IMG/VR virus record: IMGVR_UViG_3300032144_000004
Span: 1 to 64,000 of that record
Strand: one strand, 5' to 3'
DNA: 64,000 nucleotides
DNA from: a virus
Under the pieces are notes generated by a model. It saw only the letters and a program-made list of their open reading frames with translations. It did not search any database and was not told the DNA's origin. Position numbers and translations under genes: made by a program. Of the stretch, positions 23,311 to 31,725 are shown piece after piece; position 1 is the stretch's first letter, and each line of letters starts with the position of its first letter.

Positions 23311-23606
23311 GACTCCACCCGCGTGTAGCCTTCCTCGAAGGCCTGGGTGGGCGACCACGACTGATAGCCGTCTTCGTAGACGACGTAGTACCCAGGATCG
23401 CTGCCCCACCTGATGCGCAGCGCGAACTTTACATCGAGTTCTAGCGGGGTGAAGCGCGAGTCGTCGAACCGCAGCAGCACCCCTCTAATCCACTCATCAC
23501 CTGATCGCCCGTCGTGGTATAGCTTAACGAGTTCTTTGAGCTTCAGCGCGCGCACGCGTTTATGCGAGACGTATTCGGGCATAGCCACACAGGCTTGCTC
23601 ACTCAT
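23307..23606 (-). CDS. Small conserved phage protein (99 aa)
   Basis: Trimmed to ATG 23606. The ...SHKRVRALKL ... GYYVVYEDGYQSWSPTQAFEEGY pattern is common among small phage proteins of unknown function. Confidence 0.55.
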   Translation of the reverse strand: MSEQACVAMPEYVSHKRVRALKLKELVKLYHDGRSGDEWIRGVLLRFDDSRFTPLELDVKFALRIRWGSDPGYYVVYEDGYQSWSPTQAFEEGYTRVES

Positions 23607-23781
23607 GGTCTTCTCCCGAGTCGGAGTCGTCCGACTCAACAGGTGGGTGCGGCTTGATGATCGGGCGCGTGTCCAGCTGGCAGCCGCCGCTCGAGCTCGA
23701 CATCAGGACCGGCGGCACGGCACACAGAGCGAGCGCGACAGTCGCGTAGAGCGTGGTCCGTGCTTTGCTGCGCTTCGCCAT
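23599..23781 (-). CDS. Small putative lipoprotein (60 aa)
   Basis: Signal-like LYATVALALCAVPPVLMSSSSGGC followed by a Pro-rich acidic tail. Confidence 0.45.
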   Translation of the reverse strand: MAKRSKARTTLYATVALALCAVPPVLMSSSSGGCQLDTRPIIKPHPPVESDDSDSGEDHE

Positions 23782-23855
23782 AGGTGAGAGCTCGGTGACC
23801 TGGTAGCAGCGTCATGACCAGATCGATAGGGAGGTACACTGACTGCGGGGTGATG

Positions 23856-24161
23856 TCAGACACGGAGCTTCTCCAGACGCGTGTGCAGCAGCTCGGTCCG
23901 CTTGAGCAGGTCCCCGAGACTCTCGGCCTCCGGTGCGTTCGGAAACAGGCAGTGCGCGCGGACAGCGGTTACGAACGAGCGGAGCATGTCGCTGTCGAGC
24001 AGCTCCCACCGCAAAAGCTTCCCGGCCACTTCTGCGTAGTCGGCATGTGCCTCGTGCATCTTGCGGACGGCAGCGTTCTTCTCTTCGATGAGGTTATTGA
24101 TGGCCTCTTGCTGAGCAGCGGCAACAAGGGCGGCCTCTGACTGCGGGGTTAGTTCAACCAT
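23856..24161 (-). CDS. Hypothetical helical protein (101 aa)
   Basis: ORF track. Confidence 0.55.
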   Translation of the reverse strand: MVELTPQSEAALVAAAQQEAINNLIEEKNAAVRKMHEAHADYAEVAGKLLRWELLDSDMLRSFVTAVRAHCLFPNAPEAESLGDLLKRTELLHTRLEKLRV

Positions 24162-24207
24162 GCCGCATCGTTAGCACGGGGAACCTGGAAGTCTAGGAGA
24201 GTTCTGC

Positions 24208-24213
24208 TAATAT
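24208..24213 (+). promoter_or_regulatory. TAATAT -10-like hexamer 6 nt upstream of ATG 24220 (possible leaderless transcript)
   Basis: Read from the 58-nt divergent gap. No convincing -35 element. Confidence 0.2.
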
Positions 24214-24219
24214 TGAAGC

Positions 24220-24450
24220 ATGACGAGGCCCGACTTTCGCAAAGACCAGTACACGTCCACGGAAGTGGCCCAGTTGCTCCAGGTCGACCCCAAGACCATC
24301 CACAATTGGGTGGAACGTGGCCAGTTGGATGGTTTCCGCACACCCGGAAACCACTTGCGCTTTCGACGCGAAGCCGTGATCGCGTTCATGAAGCGTTACA
24401 ACTACCCCATTCCGAAGGGCTTTGAGCCGCCAACGGCTGCAGCATCTTGA
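24220..24450 (+). CDS. Excisionase/MerR-type HTH DNA-binding protein (76 aa)
   Basis: YTSTEVAQLLQVDPKTIHNWVERGQLDGFRTPGNHLRFRREAV is typical of the excisionase-family HTH. No integrase is present in the window. Confidence 0.65.
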   Translation: MTRPDFRKDQYTSTEVAQLLQVDPKTIHNWVERGQLDGFRTPGNHLRFRREAVIAFMKRYNYPIPKGFEPPTAAAS

Positions 24451-24650
24451 GCAAAGCGTTGAAGTGTGCCGACTGCGGCGGAGGCAATGGACCGTTTGCC
24501 ACGGTGATGCCCGAAGAAATCAACGTGTGCCCGGATTGCGCGACCGAACGGCTTCGGCCCTTTCTGCACAAGGGCTACAGGGTCGAGCTGACGCCACCGG
24601 TTGTGCGCAACTTTGTGATCTTGAACGTCAAGGACCCGAAATCGGGGTGA
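24447..24650 (+). CDS. Zinc-ribbon protein (67 aa)
   Basis: CADCG ... CPDC. ATGA junction. Confidence 0.55.
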   Translation: MSKALKCADCGGGNGPFATVMPEEINVCPDCATERLRPFLHKGYRVELTPPVVRNFVILNVKDPKSG

Positions 24651-24653
24651 GCG

Positions 24654-24959
24654 ATGGGCTACGGCAATCCGACAGGTCTGAGCTTCATGGAGCAACGCAT
24701 CGTGGCCGCGTTGCTTGAAGCGGGTGAGACCTATCCGCTGCACCTGGTGAAGCGGAGCAAAGAACCTCTCAATCACAGAGCTGTGTACACGCAACTTCTG
24801 CGGCTCGAAGAAAAAGGCCTTGTAAGCTCGCGCGTGGTGTCGGACCCAACGGCAACAAAGTTCCCCTACCGCAGACGCTGCTACCAGGTCACCGAGGCGG
24901 GGAAACGGGCCCTGCAGGCGTGGAAAGCGGCTTCGGAAGCGTGGAGCTCGAGCGCGTGA
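24654..24959 (+). CDS. PadR-like winged-helix transcriptional regulator (101 aa)
   Basis: ...VYTQLLRLEEKGLVSS ... YRRRCYQVTEAGKRAL fits the PadR pattern. Confidence 0.55.
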   Translation: MGYGNPTGLSFMEQRIVAALLEAGETYPLHLVKRSKEPLNHRAVYTQLLRLEEKGLVSSRVVSDPTATKFPYRRRCYQVTEAGKRALQAWKAASEAWSSSA

Positions 24960-25141
24960 GCCGGTCGAAGAACACGAGGCTTGGGCACAAGAAGGGCGGG
25001 TCATGCTGGCGCGATCTGAGCGCGAGCGACCGGCAGATCGAGCATCAGCGTCGAAGAGCGAAGCTCAAACGTCAGACTCTGGGGGAAGAGACGAAGACGG
25101 AGCGGGTTTACGAGCGCTGGGACAAGTGGAACTGGGATTAG
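24956..25141 (+). CDS. Basic hypothetical protein (61 aa), GTG start
   Basis: ORF 24920..25141 trimmed to GTG 24956 (GTGA overlap). Confidence 0.4.
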   Translation: MSRSKNTRLGHKKGGSCWRDLSASDRQIEHQRRRAKLKRQTLGEETKTERVYERWDKWNWD

Positions 25142-25243
25142 GCTCGTCGCAGATGGCGCACGGCTCCTCAAGAGCTCCGAAAGGACGCACGTGATCGCGG
25201 CGATGCATCCGCTGCCAGCGCTCAAGCTTGGCCGGGCTTTGTT

Positions 25244-25432
25244 TCATGGCTTCGGAGGCTTTCGCTCCGGCGTGAGCGGGCCCTTGATGTCGCGGTTGAT
25301 TGCAAAGCGCTCCCAGCACATGCAGTCGTCTACGCCGCAGTACATGGAGTCGAGCGCTTTGCAGTCCGGGTCGCGAGCGCGGTAGTGCTCAGCGGTCGGG
25401 TGGCTGCAGCCTCGGCACTTCGGGACGGTCAT
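25244..25432 (-). CDS. Cys-rich mini-protein (62 aa)
   Basis: ORF track. Confidence 0.5.
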   Translation of the reverse strand: MTVPKCRGCSHPTAEHYRARDPDCKALDSMYCGVDDCMCWERFAINRDIKGPLTPERKPPKP

Positions 25433-25620
25433 CAGTCGATCTTCGGTTGGTTAACCATCTTGGCAAGCTGCCCGTACTTGTCTCTGAGGCTGTCGACTGC
25501 GGCTCGGAGGCAATGCTCGCAGCTGTAGTGACGCACGAGGTATGCGCCGACCTGACTGTCGCCGTCGTGGCGCATCAACTGCTTGCACTCGAAGCAGTTG
25601 GGCGGAGTTGGTTCGGTCAT
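25432..25620 (-). CDS. Zinc-ribbon mini-protein (62 aa)
   Basis: CFECK ... CEHC. Confidence 0.5.
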   Translation of the reverse strand: MTEPTPPNCFECKQLMRHDGDSQVGAYLVRHYSCEHCLRAAVDSLRDKYGQLAKMVNQPKID

Positions 25621-25970
25621 ACCAGCACGGCACCCTTGGCGCTGAAGCAGCGTTTAAAGCGCTGGAAGTCGGCTTGCTCGATGCGGCACCAAACGCAGAT
25701 GCGCGGGGCATACTCGAGCTGAGCCAGAAGCTCGGGGCGAGCGTAGCTGAAGAGTGGACGCTCACAGCGGGAACAGGTGCACACGGCGCAAGCTTGCCGG
25801 TTACGCTCGTAGGCGTACTCGAGCTTCTGCGCTGCGGTCAGCTTGTTCCAGGTCTCGGGGTCCATGCAATTAGGTCGGCCTGCGGACCCGATTTCAGGGC
25901 GGGTAGCAGGCCGTGCGACGATTGGCAGCGTCGTATGCAGAGCATAGCAGTGTTCAGGCCGCTGGTTCAT
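25617..25970 (-). CDS. Cys-rich hypothetical protein (117 aa, or 82 aa from ATG 25865)
   Basis: ORF track. CAVCTCSRC ... CVWC. Confidence 0.5.
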   Translation of the reverse strand: MNQRPEHCYALHTTLPIVARPATRPEIGSAGRPNCMDPETWNKLTAAQKLEYAYERNRQACAVCTCSRCERPLFSYARPELLAQLEYAPRICVWCRIEQADFQRFKRCFSAKGAVLV

Positions 25971-26250
25971 CGTGGAATAGCCTCTTCCAGCGTCACGGGC
26001 TCTCCCCGTGCTCTAGTCTGCCGCTTATAGCTCTGTCCCGGTGCCCACCACGTTCGTGGGCTATGAAGCGTCGCGGGCAAACTCGAGCTCTGTATAGCAC
26101 AAAAGAACGCCGTCCCAGGCGGACTCCACTACGAGCTTCCGGGATAGCGTAGGTGCACCGGCTCTGTCCGTACCCATGGTTGGACCAGCTTACCTGAGCA
26201 CGTAAGCCCCTCTGCATGGGACTGGCACCTTGAGGGCTAGATAGCACGGT

Positions 26251-26493
26251 CTATCCGACGCGCCGAGCCTTGAGGTCCATGCGGCCAGACAGCGAGCAGC
26301 CCCGATTGTGCGTACGACGCCGAGATCCGCACTCGGGACACACGCGAGGCTCGAACTTGGGCATCTTCCGCCGGAGAGGCCTCCCGTCCATCTCCCCGCG
26401 CACCTTGGTGACCTGCACCCCGGAAGCCTCCACCATGGCCTCCACAACCTTGGCCCTGGCCTTCTTGCGCCGTATCGCATCCCCGTTGAGCAT
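26251..26493 (-). CDS. Basic zinc-ribbon protein (80 aa)
   Basis: The most protein-like of four overlapping ORFs in this region. Contains CPECG. Confidence 0.4.
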   Translation of the reverse strand: MLNGDAIRRKKARAKVVEAMVEASGVQVTKVRGEMDGRPLRRKMPKFEPRVCPECGSRRRTHNRGCSLSGRMDLKARRVG

Positions 26494-26682
26494 TTGTTGT
26501 GCTTACCACTTGAAAATGTACCTGTCGACATGAGACCCTCACTGGGCAAGAGAGCGCAGCGGTTCGTGGCGACCGGCTGTCCATGCTAGCGACGAGCGCA
26601 GCGAGGAGCCACAACCTGTCAGGTTAAGCGGCGGCAGCGCGGTGTGGGGGAGACGAAGAGGCTACGGAAGGAAGAAGGCGCG

Positions 26683-26886
26683 TCAGCGCCCTCTCGATCT
26701 TCGTCTTCCGCTCCCGTCTTCGCGGTCGCTGGGTGGTCGCCAGCGTATCCCGTGCTTCCAGGCAACGAGTTCGACCGCGTGCGCGTGCTTCCGGCACAAG
26801 TCGACTTCGTCTGAAGCCAAGACGCCCTCAGCTGCAGCGTCGAAACGCTTTCCACACGAATCACACGCTCTGACGTCGATCTTCAT
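26683..26886 (-). CDS. Hypothetical zinc-ribbon protein (67 aa)
   Basis: ORF track. CDSCG ... C..H. Confidence 0.45.
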   Translation of the reverse strand: MKIDVRACDSCGKRFDAAAEGVLASDEVDLCRKHAHAVELVAWKHGIRWRPPSDREDGSGRRRSRGR

Positions 26887-26914
26887 GTTGCACGTGAAAC
26901 TTCGCTCACATCAG

Positions 26915-26986
26915 CGCTCTCGGCACGACTTGAACGCGCATCACCAGGTCCGTAGCCCGGTGCTCTATCCGTTGAGCTACGAGAGC
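26915..26986 (-). tRNA. tRNA-Arg (anticodon ACG), no encoded CCA
   Basis: Manual fold: GCTCTCG TA GCTC AACGGATA GAGC A CCGGG CTACGGA CCTGG TGAT GCGCG TTCAAGT CGTGC CGAGAGC G. Confidence 0.85.
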
Positions 26987-26989
26987 AAA

Positions 26990-27037
26990 GCTCCCCCGGG
27001 ACTCGAACCCGATCTCCGCAGTGCTGCAGCACCTCGG
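26990..27037 (-). other. tRNA-like 3' fragment: long hairpin, T arm and acceptor 3' strand. Either a degenerate tRNA or a possible att-core remnant
   Basis: The reverse complement reads CCGAGGTGC TGCA GCACTGCGG AGA TCGGG TTCGAGT CCCGG GGGAGCT, located 3 nt upstream of tRNA-Arg. I could not fold a matching acceptor 5' strand, D arm or anticodon arm from the upstream sequence. Confidence 0.4.
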
Positions 27038-27090
27038 TGTCCTTCCATGCCGCGGACTTAGACGAAGGGAGTGAGAGGCTCATAGCACGG

Positions 27091-27308
27091 GATGGGACCC
27101 ACGCGTCAAACCCAGAGGGTGGTAGATGGGACCCATGCAAAAGTTCATCGACAAGCTGGTTGTCTTTCTCTGGTGGTGGATACCCGGCGCCGCGCTGTTC
27201 CCAAGCAAGTGGACGCGCGGCTGCTTCGTGCGCGAGGAAGCCCGAGCTAGAGGAAGGCTAGAGAACTAGCATACCTTCACGGCCCATCCCTCCCCCTCGA
27301 TGGGACCC
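27091..27308 (+). repeat. Three direct copies of GATGGGACCC(A) in an ORF-free region
   Basis: Copies at 27091-27101, 27125-27135 and 27299-27308. A related inverted GGCCCATCCC lies at 27281-27290. Confidence 0.6.
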
Positions 27309-27350
27309 GCTGGAAACCAAGCGGTGGTGGGCACGTACGGGGTAGCGGGT

Positions 27351-27866
27351 TCAGCCGCCATCAGCTGCAGGCTTGCCGCCATCAGCTGCATCGTTTCGAT
27401 CGTCGCGCGCGTCTGTACTCTGCGCTGGTATCGCTGCTTCTACGATGCGAGGCCTACCCTGCTTCGCTGCTAGGCGTCTCGACAGCTCGGCCCCTAGGCT
27501 TTGCACCTGCACACGCGCCGCGATGTCACGGGCGCTCTTGCCCTGCTGCGCTGGCGTAATCCCCATGGCTGACTCGATCACCCACATCGCGAGCTGAGCC
27601 TGTGTCCTGCCATGGCTCGCTGCAGCCTTCATCTCGTCCGCGTCGGCCCCCTCGGGTTGTTTCTGCTCCAAGAGCCGAATGATACAGTTCTGCGCCGCGG
27701 TGATACTGTCGACCACCACAAGCTCTGCCCTGCCCTTGGGCGTCAACAGCTCTTGCTTTGATCTCAGCAACTTAGCGCCATCCGCACTGGCCTGCATTGC
27801 TAATGCGAGCGTCTGCTCACTTGCATCGAGCAAATCTTTTTCTCCACCGTCTTTTTCGGCTGTCAT
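27351..27866 (-). CDS. Hypothetical protein (171 aa) divergent from the early operon
   Basis: ORF track. Its position suggests a regulator, but no clear HTH was recognised. Confidence 0.6.
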   Translation of the reverse strand: MTAEKDGGEKDLLDASEQTLALAMQASADGAKLLRSKQELLTPKGRAELVVVDSITAAQNCIIRLLEQKQPEGADADEMKAAASHGRTQAQLAMWVIESAMGITPAQQGKSARDIAARVQVQSLGAELSRRLAAKQGRPRIVEAAIPAQSTDARDDRNDAADGGKPAADGG

Positions 27867-27925
27867 TGCTTGACTTTACCACCGTTCTCCCCCTGTGCTT
27901 TCTCAAAAAAGTAAACAATGAAGCC

Positions 27926-27954
27926 TTGACGGTTGTTTACTCGCTTGCTAGGTT
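27926..27954 (+). promoter_or_regulatory. Sigma70-like promoter TTGACG-N17-TAGGTT, overlapped by a 9-bp inverted repeat
   Basis: TTGACG at 27926-31 and TAGGTT at 27949-54. Inverted repeat AGTAAACAA (27910-18) / TTGTTTACT (27933-41) brackets the -35 element. Confidence 0.5.
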
Positions 27955-27961
27955 CGCTTCA

Positions 27962-28057
27962 GTGGTTGAGCGGCGCGGCTCGAAAGAGCAGCTTCTAACC
28001 CCCGAGCTTCGCGGCTCAACCACTCACCCCCAACGCTCTGCGCGGGACTCGCAGAGC
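27962..28057 (+). promoter_or_regulatory. Structured 5' leader of the early operon (two hairpins)
   Basis: GTGGTTGAGC (27962-71) pairs with GCTCAACCAC (28014-23), enclosing GCTC GAAA GAGC. GCTCTGCG (28035-42) pairs with CGCAGAGC (28050-57). No U-tract follows either hairpin. Confidence 0.45.
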
Positions 28058-28071
28058 TGAAAGGTAATGCC

Positions 28072-28350
28072 ATGTCAATCACTGTGAACATTGTCACTGC
28101 GAGGCCGCAGTACGGCTCGCGCGATGAGCTTGTGGGCGCCAGCTACTCCTATGGCTGCGTCGATGCGTCCGTTGCTGAAGCCATGGTGGCCGAGAGCCAT
28201 GTGGAAGGCTTCAGCGACGATCGCAACACGTCCGTTCTGCCCGTTACGGTCGCAGAACTGCCCGCCGCACGCGTTGCTCGGCAAACCGAGCTGGATCGCG
28301 CTGCTTTCGCTGCCTGGATCGCCGCCAATCCCAACTCTTTGCCGTTCTGA
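28072..28350 (+). CDS. Hypothetical early protein (92 aa)
   Basis: ORF track. First gene after the promoter and leader. Confidence 0.6.
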   Translation: MSITVNIVTARPQYGSRDELVGASYSYGCVDASVAEAMVAESHVEGFSDDRNTSVLPVTVAELPAARVARQTELDRAAFAAWIAANPNSLPF

Positions 28351-28359
28351 GGTGATGCC

Positions 28360-28689
28360 ATGTTCCGACTCAAGACTGCGAACCGTCCACCCTCGCAACG
28401 TGTGCGGTATGACGGATGCGCGTGGCGCGCCGTGTATCTGTACGTAGGCAATCAGCAAGTTGCTCATCTGGGCGTTGACCCCGGCGACGGTGTCACGCCA
28501 AAGATTTTTGGAGGCGTAAACGTTGGCCTTGTCCATTCGTTTCGCCTTATCCATTCGTTTCGCGTTGCGCTTCCGGCTGTGCGTTGGCGCAATGAGATGT
28601 CTCCACTGCGCATGCGCGTCTATCGGCTCTCCAAAGCCTTTTGGCACAACGTTGACGGCCGCTTCGGCTGGGGATCGGTGCAGCCGTGA
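28360..28689 (+). CDS. Hypothetical early protein (109 aa) containing an 18-bp tandem duplication
   Basis: ORF track. CCTTGTCCATTCGTTTCG (28527-44) and CCTTATCCATTCGTTTCG (28545-62) encode LVHSFR-LIHSFR. Confidence 0.5.
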   Translation: MFRLKTANRPPSQRVRYDGCAWRAVYLYVGNQQVAHLGVDPGDGVTPKIFGGVNVGLVHSFRLIHSFRVALPAVRWRNEMSPLRMRVYRLSKAFWHNVDGRFGWGSVQP

Positions 28690-28807
28690 GCCGATCGCGC
28701 AAGGATGTTGAGCGTTACAAATGGAATCGCGCAGCCGAATCGTGGGACGTGTTGGAGGCAGGTCAAGAGCTGCGTATGGCAAACGCCGAGTGCAAGCGAG
28801 CTGCATC

Positions 28808-29080
28808 ATGACCAAACCTCGCGATTATTGCCCGTTCACGCACGTGGCTCTTGAGTCACGCACAAGCGCCCTCGTGCTTGCCAACATCGCACTGACCGCG
28901 GACACCTACGCGGAAATGAAGCAGCTGCTTCGCAAGCACGACACCACGATCGGACCGCCTTGCAACTTCGCTCGCTTCGTCGAGCCAGCGTGCGAGGTGT
29001 TCGAGATGTCAAAAGGCGAATGGATACCCATGCGCTATCTGCACAAGCTCGCAGCCACGTTCCTAGACAAACACTGCTGA
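28808..29080 (+). CDS. Hypothetical protein (90 aa)
   Basis: ORF 28721..29080 trimmed to ATG 28808. The upstream 29 codons are Arg-rich with weak third-position GC bias. Confidence 0.5.
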   Translation: MTKPRDYCPFTHVALESRTSALVLANIALTADTYAEMKQLLRKHDTTIGPPCNFARFVEPACEVFEMSKGEWIPMRYLHKLAATFLDKHC

Positions 29081-29089
29081 GGTGATGAC

Positions 29090-29281
29090 ATGTCAAAGTC
29101 TGGATACACAAGCTGCCCCTGCCGCGACTGCTTCGAAATCAGCATGGATGACAAGCTTTGCCACGACTGCAAGGAGCACGGCTGCAGCGCCGACGGTGAC
29201 GCGGAATGCTCAAGCCCGAACGCGTACGGCTGCGGCTGTTTCGACGACTCGTGCGAAGACCACAGCGATAACCCACGCTGA
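29090..29281 (+). CDS. Cys-rich acidic mini-protein (63 aa)
   Basis: 13 Cys in 63 aa. Confidence 0.5.
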   Translation: MSKSGYTSCPCRDCFEISMDDKLCHDCKEHGCSADGDAECSSPNAYGCGCFDDSCEDHSDNPR

Positions 29282-29354
29282 ACCCTGCCACGTTGTAGCA
29301 GCCCTCAGCTGCGGGCAACGTGGGAGCGCTCAACGCTCTTAGGAGAACATCACC

Positions 29355-29618
29355 ATGGCCTATCGCCTCGCTAAATGGCACGAAATACAGGCATGCAAAC
29401 GAGCGTTTGCGACGCTACCCGGCGCTCCCGGCACGCCACACCATGAACTCGAGCGCGTCTGGTATACAGTTCACGGCTTCAAGGATCTCATTTCTGGTGG
29501 TGGTATGGGGCTGCAGCCCTTTGCACGGGTCTCGCGCGAAAGCGATCCGGGCAACTTGGGCTACTACCCGGTAAAGGCGCTGGCATTCGAAACCGACAGC
29601 GGCGAGATCGTGAAGTAG
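29355..29618 (+). CDS. Hypothetical protein (87 aa)
   Basis: ORF track. Confidence 0.55.
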   Translation: MAYRLAKWHEIQACKRAFATLPGAPGTPHHELERVWYTVHGFKDLISGGGMGLQPFARVSRESDPGNLGYYPVKALAFETDSGEIVK

Positions 29619-29894
29619 CGTGAACGTTGCAAGCTGCGCGTTTGGACCGGGAACACTCGATCGCGCGCAGTTTGGAGCGCTCAACACGAGGTGGTGCCAT
29701 GCACTAGTCAGTCTGGGAACAACTATACGGCTACGGCCTATAGACTGTGGAACCACAACCTATTGTAGAGGAGCTAGACGGCCATGAATCCGCGCCTAAA
29801 AAGCGCACTCTCGTGAACATTGGAAGCGCTGCGCGGTACCTTGCGACCGCGCAGCCATTCGAACGCTCACGCACCAACAACCGGAGACACACCC

Positions 29895-30248
29895 ATGCGA
29901 CACATCACCATGAAAGCGAAGTACGTTGACCTTGTTACGCGCGACAAGTGGCAATGTCACGAATACGCGATCACGCTGCGTGTAGGCGCGCAGAAGTTCG
30001 AAACGCCTTTTTATCAAGGCTTGGCTCACAAAAAGGAGCCAGACCTAAAGACCGTGCTCAGCTCGCTACAGCTCGACGCCCGTAGTGGTGCAGAGGGTTT
30101 TGACGACTTCTGCTCTGAACTTGGCTACGACCCCGACTCGCGCAAGGCTGAAGCCATTTGGAAGGCTTGCCGCAAAACGCGCGACGCCATGCAAAAGCTG
30201 CTCGGCGACGACTTCGATAGCTTCATGAGCGCGGAGTACGACTCATGA
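29895..30248 (+). CDS. Hypothetical protein (117 aa)
   Basis: ORF 29820..30248 trimmed to ATG 29895. A GGAGA sequence lies 7 nt upstream. Confidence 0.6.
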   Translation: MRHITMKAKYVDLVTRDKWQCHEYAITLRVGAQKFETPFYQGLAHKKEPDLKTVLSSLQLDARSGAEGFDDFCSELGYDPDSRKAEAIWKACRKTRDAMQKLLGDDFDSFMSAEYDS

Positions 30249-30463
30249 GCAACAAGATCACGCGCTTCCGTGACACCAACTGGACCGGATACCTGCTCAC
30301 AAACGGCCGAAAAGCCGTGCGCAACGGTCCAGACGCTGAACATTGGACCGCGCGCTTCTGGATCAACATGGATGGCGGGTTGTCCTGTGAGCTGCTGTGC
30401 GAGGGCAACCACGTAATCGAAGTGCTCCCCAAAAACGTTTTGCAATGGCTGGTGTCACCGTGA
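30245..30463 (+). CDS. Hypothetical protein (72 aa)
   Basis: ORF track. ATGA junction. Confidence 0.55.
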   Translation: MSNKITRFRDTNWTGYLLTNGRKAVRNGPDAEHWTARFWINMDGGLSCELLCEGNHVIEVLPKNVLQWLVSP

Positions 30464-30708
30464 CCAATGTTCGCTGTGAGTGTGGCCAAGCACTCGGCAC
30501 GCGCTGCGAGTGGAGCGGTCCGAAGTCTGAAACCGCGTTGATCGAGTGGATGCCGGAAAGCTTTCGCGCAAGCCATACAGCCGCACGAAACAGCGGCACC
30601 TATCCGCACAATGGTGCAGTGCGCATACGCTGCGAGCGCACGTGTGCCGAGCTGATTCTAGAAACAGAGTCCGAATGGGCGTCAACCGTGGAGTTTCCAA
30701 AGCTATGA
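30445..30708 (+). CDS. Cys-containing hypothetical protein (87 aa, or 82 aa from GTG 30460)
   Basis: ORF 30397..30708 trimmed. Confidence 0.5.
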   Translation: MAGVTVTNVRCECGQALGTRCEWSGPKSETALIEWMPESFRASHTAARNSGTYPHNGAVRIRCERTCAELILETESEWASTVEFPKL

Positions 30709-30944
30709 CCACACCCAGAACCCTAACCTACGTCACCACCCAAGATCTCAACCTGCAAGGCATCGAAGCGCGTCAGATCGCGGATGCGCTCGACGTCACA
30801 TACGGCGATGGTGCCGAACTGACAATCGTCAACTCGAACCGCTTCCAGGAGGGCGCAGAGGACGCGCTTGGGCTCACACGAGCCGCTGTCATCCGTGACA
30901 AGCTTATGGCCCTCGGCGTCAACTACGTCGCTTTCATCGGCTGA
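30705..30944 (+). CDS. Hypothetical protein (79 aa)
   Basis: ORF 30546..30944 trimmed to ATG 30705 (ATGA overlap). Confidence 0.55.
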   Translation: MTTPRTLTYVTTQDLNLQGIEARQIADALDVTYGDGAELTIVNSNRFQEGAEDALGLTRAAVIRDKLMALGVNYVAFIG

Positions 30945-30972
30945 ACTAACCCCACGCTACGGAGATCCACCA

Positions 30973-31485
30973 ATGCACAAAGAACGTGTCCTAAACCTCG
31001 CTCGTGCTCTCGAAGAAGGTCCGCAAGACAAAGCTGCACTGCAGAAGTTCTTCAAAAACTTTCTCGGGCGCGAAACACACTTCGACATGTCCAAAGTAAC
31101 GCACCCATGCGGGACACCCGCATGCGTCTGGGGCCACTACGTAGCCCGCGGAGATCTGCAACAAACTTTCAAGCCACACCCCGAAAGCGCGATGTCTGTA
31201 GCGCTGGCTGAAGCGCCTCCCGACGCATTTGGCGTGTACTACGGAGCTCAGGTCGTACGTGATCACTTCGGGCTTTCGCTCGAAGACCTAGAACGCTTAT
31301 TTGCTGCGCCGCACGATGCGTGCAACTGCGAAGACGACGCGTGCAACTGCGACGACGACGACGACCACGACCACCACAATCCAAACTGCATTTGGCACGG
31401 CGGCTGCGGCGGGGCAGAAACTCCCGAAGAGGCGGTGGCCTATATCCGTGCATTCGTGGCCAAGCGCGAGGCCGAGGGCCAGTGA
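30973..31485 (+). CDS. Hypothetical protein (170 aa) with Asp/Cys/His-rich segment
   Basis: Trimmed to ATG 30973, with GGAGA upstream. CNCEDDACNCDDDDDHDHHNPNC. Confidence 0.6.
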   Translation: MHKERVLNLARALEEGPQDKAALQKFFKNFLGRETHFDMSKVTHPCGTPACVWGHYVARGDLQQTFKPHPESAMSVALAEAPPDAFGVYYGAQVVRDHFGLSLEDLERLFAAPHDACNCEDDACNCDDDDDHDHHNPNCIWHGGCGGAETPEEAVAYIRAFVAKREAEGQ

Positions 31486-31703
31486 ACACGCCCATTGATG
31501 ACGCGCCAGGTTGGAAGCTCGGCTTGCATCCGCTGCTATTGAGCACGCCCATTGCCACGCACGAAGCGGCTGGCATCACAGTTAATCTGACCTGGTCACA
31601 CGAACAAATCAGCGTGCGCTGCCGTAAGCCATCCGCAGGCACGATCAAGATCCCCGTCGCAGTCATCCGCGCGCTGCAAGCACGCGAACAAACGTTGCCC
31701 TAA
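31482..31703 (+). CDS. Hypothetical protein (73 aa), GTG start
   Basis: ORF 31320..31703 trimmed to GTG 31482 (GTGA overlap). Confidence 0.45.
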   Translation: MNTPIDDAPGWKLGLHPLLLSTPIATHEAAGITVNLTWSHEQISVRCRKPSAGTIKIPVAVIRALQAREQTLP

Positions 31704-31725
31704 CCCCCACACGAAAGCGCTCACC

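Noticed and set aside
24220-24450. Treating the excisionase-type HTH as evidence of an integration module or prophage end
   Set aside because: No integrase, recombinase or recognisable att repeat pair is present in the window. This HTH class also occurs as a general transcription regulator.
26990-27081. Calling a fourth functional tRNA upstream of tRNA-Arg
   Set aside because: Only a T arm, a long hairpin and a possible acceptor 3' strand can be folded. No acceptor 5' strand, D arm or anticodon arm with U33 could be found, so it is reported only as a tRNA-like fragment.
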